A stretch of 64,000 bases of DNA, taken from sequence record PZ445435.1. One strand, 5' to 3'. Positions 61,800-64,000 of this stretch are shown here, in pieces (position 1 is the first letter of the stretch; every line of letters starts with the position of its first letter). Made by a program: the position numbers and the translations under genes. This DNA is from a phage. The notes under the pieces were generated by a model. It was not told where the DNA came from. It saw only the letters and a program-made list of their open reading frames with translations, and did no database searches.

Positions 61800-62955
61800 T
61801 TAACTGCTCGAGGTCAGTTTCTAAATCAGCAGCTGATTTACTTTTACTTTCTGGAGATTTAAATTTTTCAACCTTTGAGTTAATCAATTCATCAACTTCA
61901 GCTTCAACAATTTCATTACTATCAATAGCACCTAACTGATAAGCACGTTTAATAGCATCTCGGAATGGTTGATGCTTAAATAAAGGACCCCAGAATGTAG
62001 TGCAGTTGGTATCTTTTGCACGCCAAGATTTTTCTTCGCGAATCATCTCGCCGGTTTCTTCATCAAGAAATTCACGAGCATACCAGCCATTTTTAGGTTT
62101 TACCACGAATCCTAATTCTAAAGCCATATCTAACAATCCAGAATAAGGATCGATACCACCGTCAAATTTAACATCAATAAAGAATTTACTTTTTTCTTTA
62201 ACGGTACGAGATTTTTCTACATTTAGAACAAATTGATACCCCTGAAGATCAGAACCATCTTTAATCTGACGCTTACCGATAATGAATACAGTATCAGCCG
62301 AATACATTACGCCTGTACCACCTGTCATCACGGTTTTACTAAACATTTCAATTGTTTCAATTGTATGGTTAACCGCAACACATGGAATATTTTTAATGCT
62401 AAAGTAAGGAGTAACAATACGGAATAATGACTTCAGTGATTTAGCACGAGTCATATCTGCCACAGATTTTTCATTCAAGGCATCTTCAGTTTCTTTCTTA
62501 GAAGCCATATTACCGATTGAGTCGATGAATACAATAACTTTTTCACCACGCTCAATATCTTCAAGCTGATTCACCATATCAATTTTCAGCTGTTCAACTG
62601 ACTGGATTGGCGTATGAATTACTCGTTCCGGGTCAACTCCCATGGATCGCAAATAAGCTGGAGTAATACCAAATTCGCTATCATAGAATAGACAAACCGC
62701 GTCAGGATATTTGTTCAAATACGCCGCAACCATAGTCAAAGACATATTTGATTTAAAGTGTTTAGAAGGCCCTGCGAAAATAGTTAAACCAGACTGCATA
62801 CCACCATCAATCGCACCAGAAATAGCAATATTAAGCATTGGGATTTTTGTACGGATTACATCCTTTTCATTAAAGAATTTAGATGTAGTCAGTTCAGCAG
62901 TCATTTTAGAAGTGGAAGCTTTAATCAAACGGGATTTTAAATCTGCAATAGACAT
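61774..62955 (-). CDS. uvsX: recombinase UvsX (RecA/Rad51 family)
   Basis: 393 aa; Walker A FAGPSKHFKS; matches recalled T4 UvsX. Confidence 0.95.
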   Translation of the reverse strand: MSIADLKSRLIKASTSKMTAELTTSKFFNEKDVIRTKIPMLNIAISGAIDGGMQSGLTIFAGPSKHFKSNMSLTMVAAYLNKYPDAVCLFYDSEFGITPAYLRSMGVDPERVIHTPIQSVEQLKIDMVNQLEDIERGEKVIVFIDSIGNMASKKETEDALNEKSVADMTRAKSLKSLFRIVTPYFSIKNIPCVAVNHTIETIEMFSKTVMTGGTGVMYSADTVFIIGKRQIKDGSDLQGYQFVLNVEKSRTVKEKSKFFIDVKFDGGIDPYSGLLDMALELGFVVKPKNGWYAREFLDEETGEMIREEKSWRAKDTNCTTFWGPLFKHQPFRDAIKRAYQLGAIDSNEIVEAEVDELINSKVEKFKSPESKSKSAADLETDLEQLSDMEEFNE

Positions 62956-63032
62956 TCATTTTTTCCATAGGCATCATTATATTTTCCTCACTGGTTAAAG
63001 ATAGAGTAATTATAACACAATAAATTTAGGCA

Positions 63033-63875
63033 TTAATCAACTGCTATTGGATGAATAGCATTAAACTTATGAAATGCTTCTGATTTTTCTTTGCGCGAAA
63101 CACACATGCGAAGAACCTTTAATGGCTCGTCTTCTTCACCCAACGATTTTCGTTTTTCAATATTAGAAGTTTTCCAACGAGCTTGCTCTGGAAACTCTCT
63201 ATTGATTTGCTCAAGCGCTCTATTATGTTTAGAATTACTACGAATTGAACTGCACCCGCCAGGAGCTTGTGCTTTTCCAGATACAACCAGATATTTGAAC
63301 AAGGCCAAATGCGGATAACCTTGATTAATTAAATTGAGAAATGCATACATATCTTCACATAAATCAATTTTTCCATACCCAATTTGTTCTGTCGTAAGTT
63401 TTCCGAGGTCATACCATGTATTCGTGAATCCATATGAATTTTCACGATAATTACCCCAAGATGAAGTAATTTTAAAAATAGGTAGACGAGCATGGCCATG
63501 ATAATACCCGCAATCCATAGCATCTTCAACGTATTGAATCAATTCGTAGAATTGTTCACGGGTTAATTGATTGACTTTATCTACACAGCGACGATCATCT
63601 CTTTTTCGCATTGAGCTCATACGAATCGTAGTATCATCGTCAATCATCCAGATTCGTTGACCTGCATACATATCAGTAATTGCTTTACGAGTACCGGCAA
63701 TTCCGTTTACATCATCAGGAATAGTTACAATTTTAGCTCTAGACCCATAGGCGTCATAATAAGCTTTTTCTTCATGTTCACGTACTACAATATGAGGTTC
63801 ATAATCAGTCGGAAACATATCAAGGGCAGAAACTGCCCCTACGCGTTGATAGCTCGGAATTACGAATTGAATCAT
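63033..63875 (-). CDS. GT-A fold (DxD) glycosyltransferase at the T4 beta-gt locus (about 280 aa)
   Basis: IWMIDDDTTI DxD motif; lies between uvsX and gene 42; does not resemble recalled T4 Bgt. Confidence 0.55.
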   Translation of the reverse strand: MIQFVIPSYQRVGAVSALDMFPTDYEPHIVVREHEEKAYYDAYGSRAKIVTIPDDVNGIAGTRKAITDMYAGQRIWMIDDDTTIRMSSMRKRDDRRCVDKVNQLTREQFYELIQYVEDAMDCGYYHGHARLPIFKITSSWGNYRENSYGFTNTWYDLGKLTTEQIGYGKIDLCEDMYAFLNLINQGYPHLALFKYLVVSGKAQAPGGCSSIRSNSKHNRALEQINREFPEQARWKTSNIEKRKSLGEEDEPLKVLRMCVSRKEKSEAFHKFNAIHPIAVD

Positions 63876-64000
63876 TTCCACTCACCGTTATAATCTTTTT
63901 TCACAATATGAGTTTCGCCAGTATTCCACCAATGATCAACCAAGTAAAAATGACGAGAATATACATGAAGACTTCCAACATTCCATATAATAGAACCTGC
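63872..64000 (-). CDS. 42: dCMP hydroxymethylase gp42, C-terminal 42 codons (partial)
   Basis: Own translation ...GSIIWNVGSLHVYSRHFYLVDHWWNTGETHIVKKDYNGEWK matches recalled T4 gp42 C-terminus. Confidence 0.65.
   Translation of the reverse strand, partial: AGSIIWNVGSLHVYSRHFYLVDHWWNTGETHIVKKDYNGEWK

Overview
This window is a contiguous segment of a T-even (T4-like, Tevenvirinae) phage genome, read from protein motifs and T4 gene order. It runs from the gene 30.x/rIII/31 region through cd, pseT, rnlA, denA, nrdB, nrdA, td, frd, 32, 59, 33, dsbA and rnh (all minus strand), the plus-strand late tail-fibre/lysis block 34-35-36-37-38-t, then back on the minus strand through asiA, arn, motA, 52, stp, ndd, denB, rIIB, rIIA, 39, dexA, dda, modA, modB, soc, 56, 61, 41, 40 and uvsX to the 3' end of gene 42. 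The phage is not T4 itself: gene 39 is a single 605-codon ORF with no gene 60 split, td and nrdB are intronless, the beta-gt locus holds a 280-aa DxD-type glycosyltransferase, and no dam-sized gene lies between 56 and 61. No tRNA, rRNA or CRISPR array was seen. I found no clear-cut novel system; the best candidates for follow-up are a NADAR-like ORF, a tandem paralogue pair in the 61-41 interval, an extra ORF between frd and td, the glycosyltransferase swap, and repeated early promoter/leader cassettes. All identifications are from memory of T4 proteins and motifs, not from searches.
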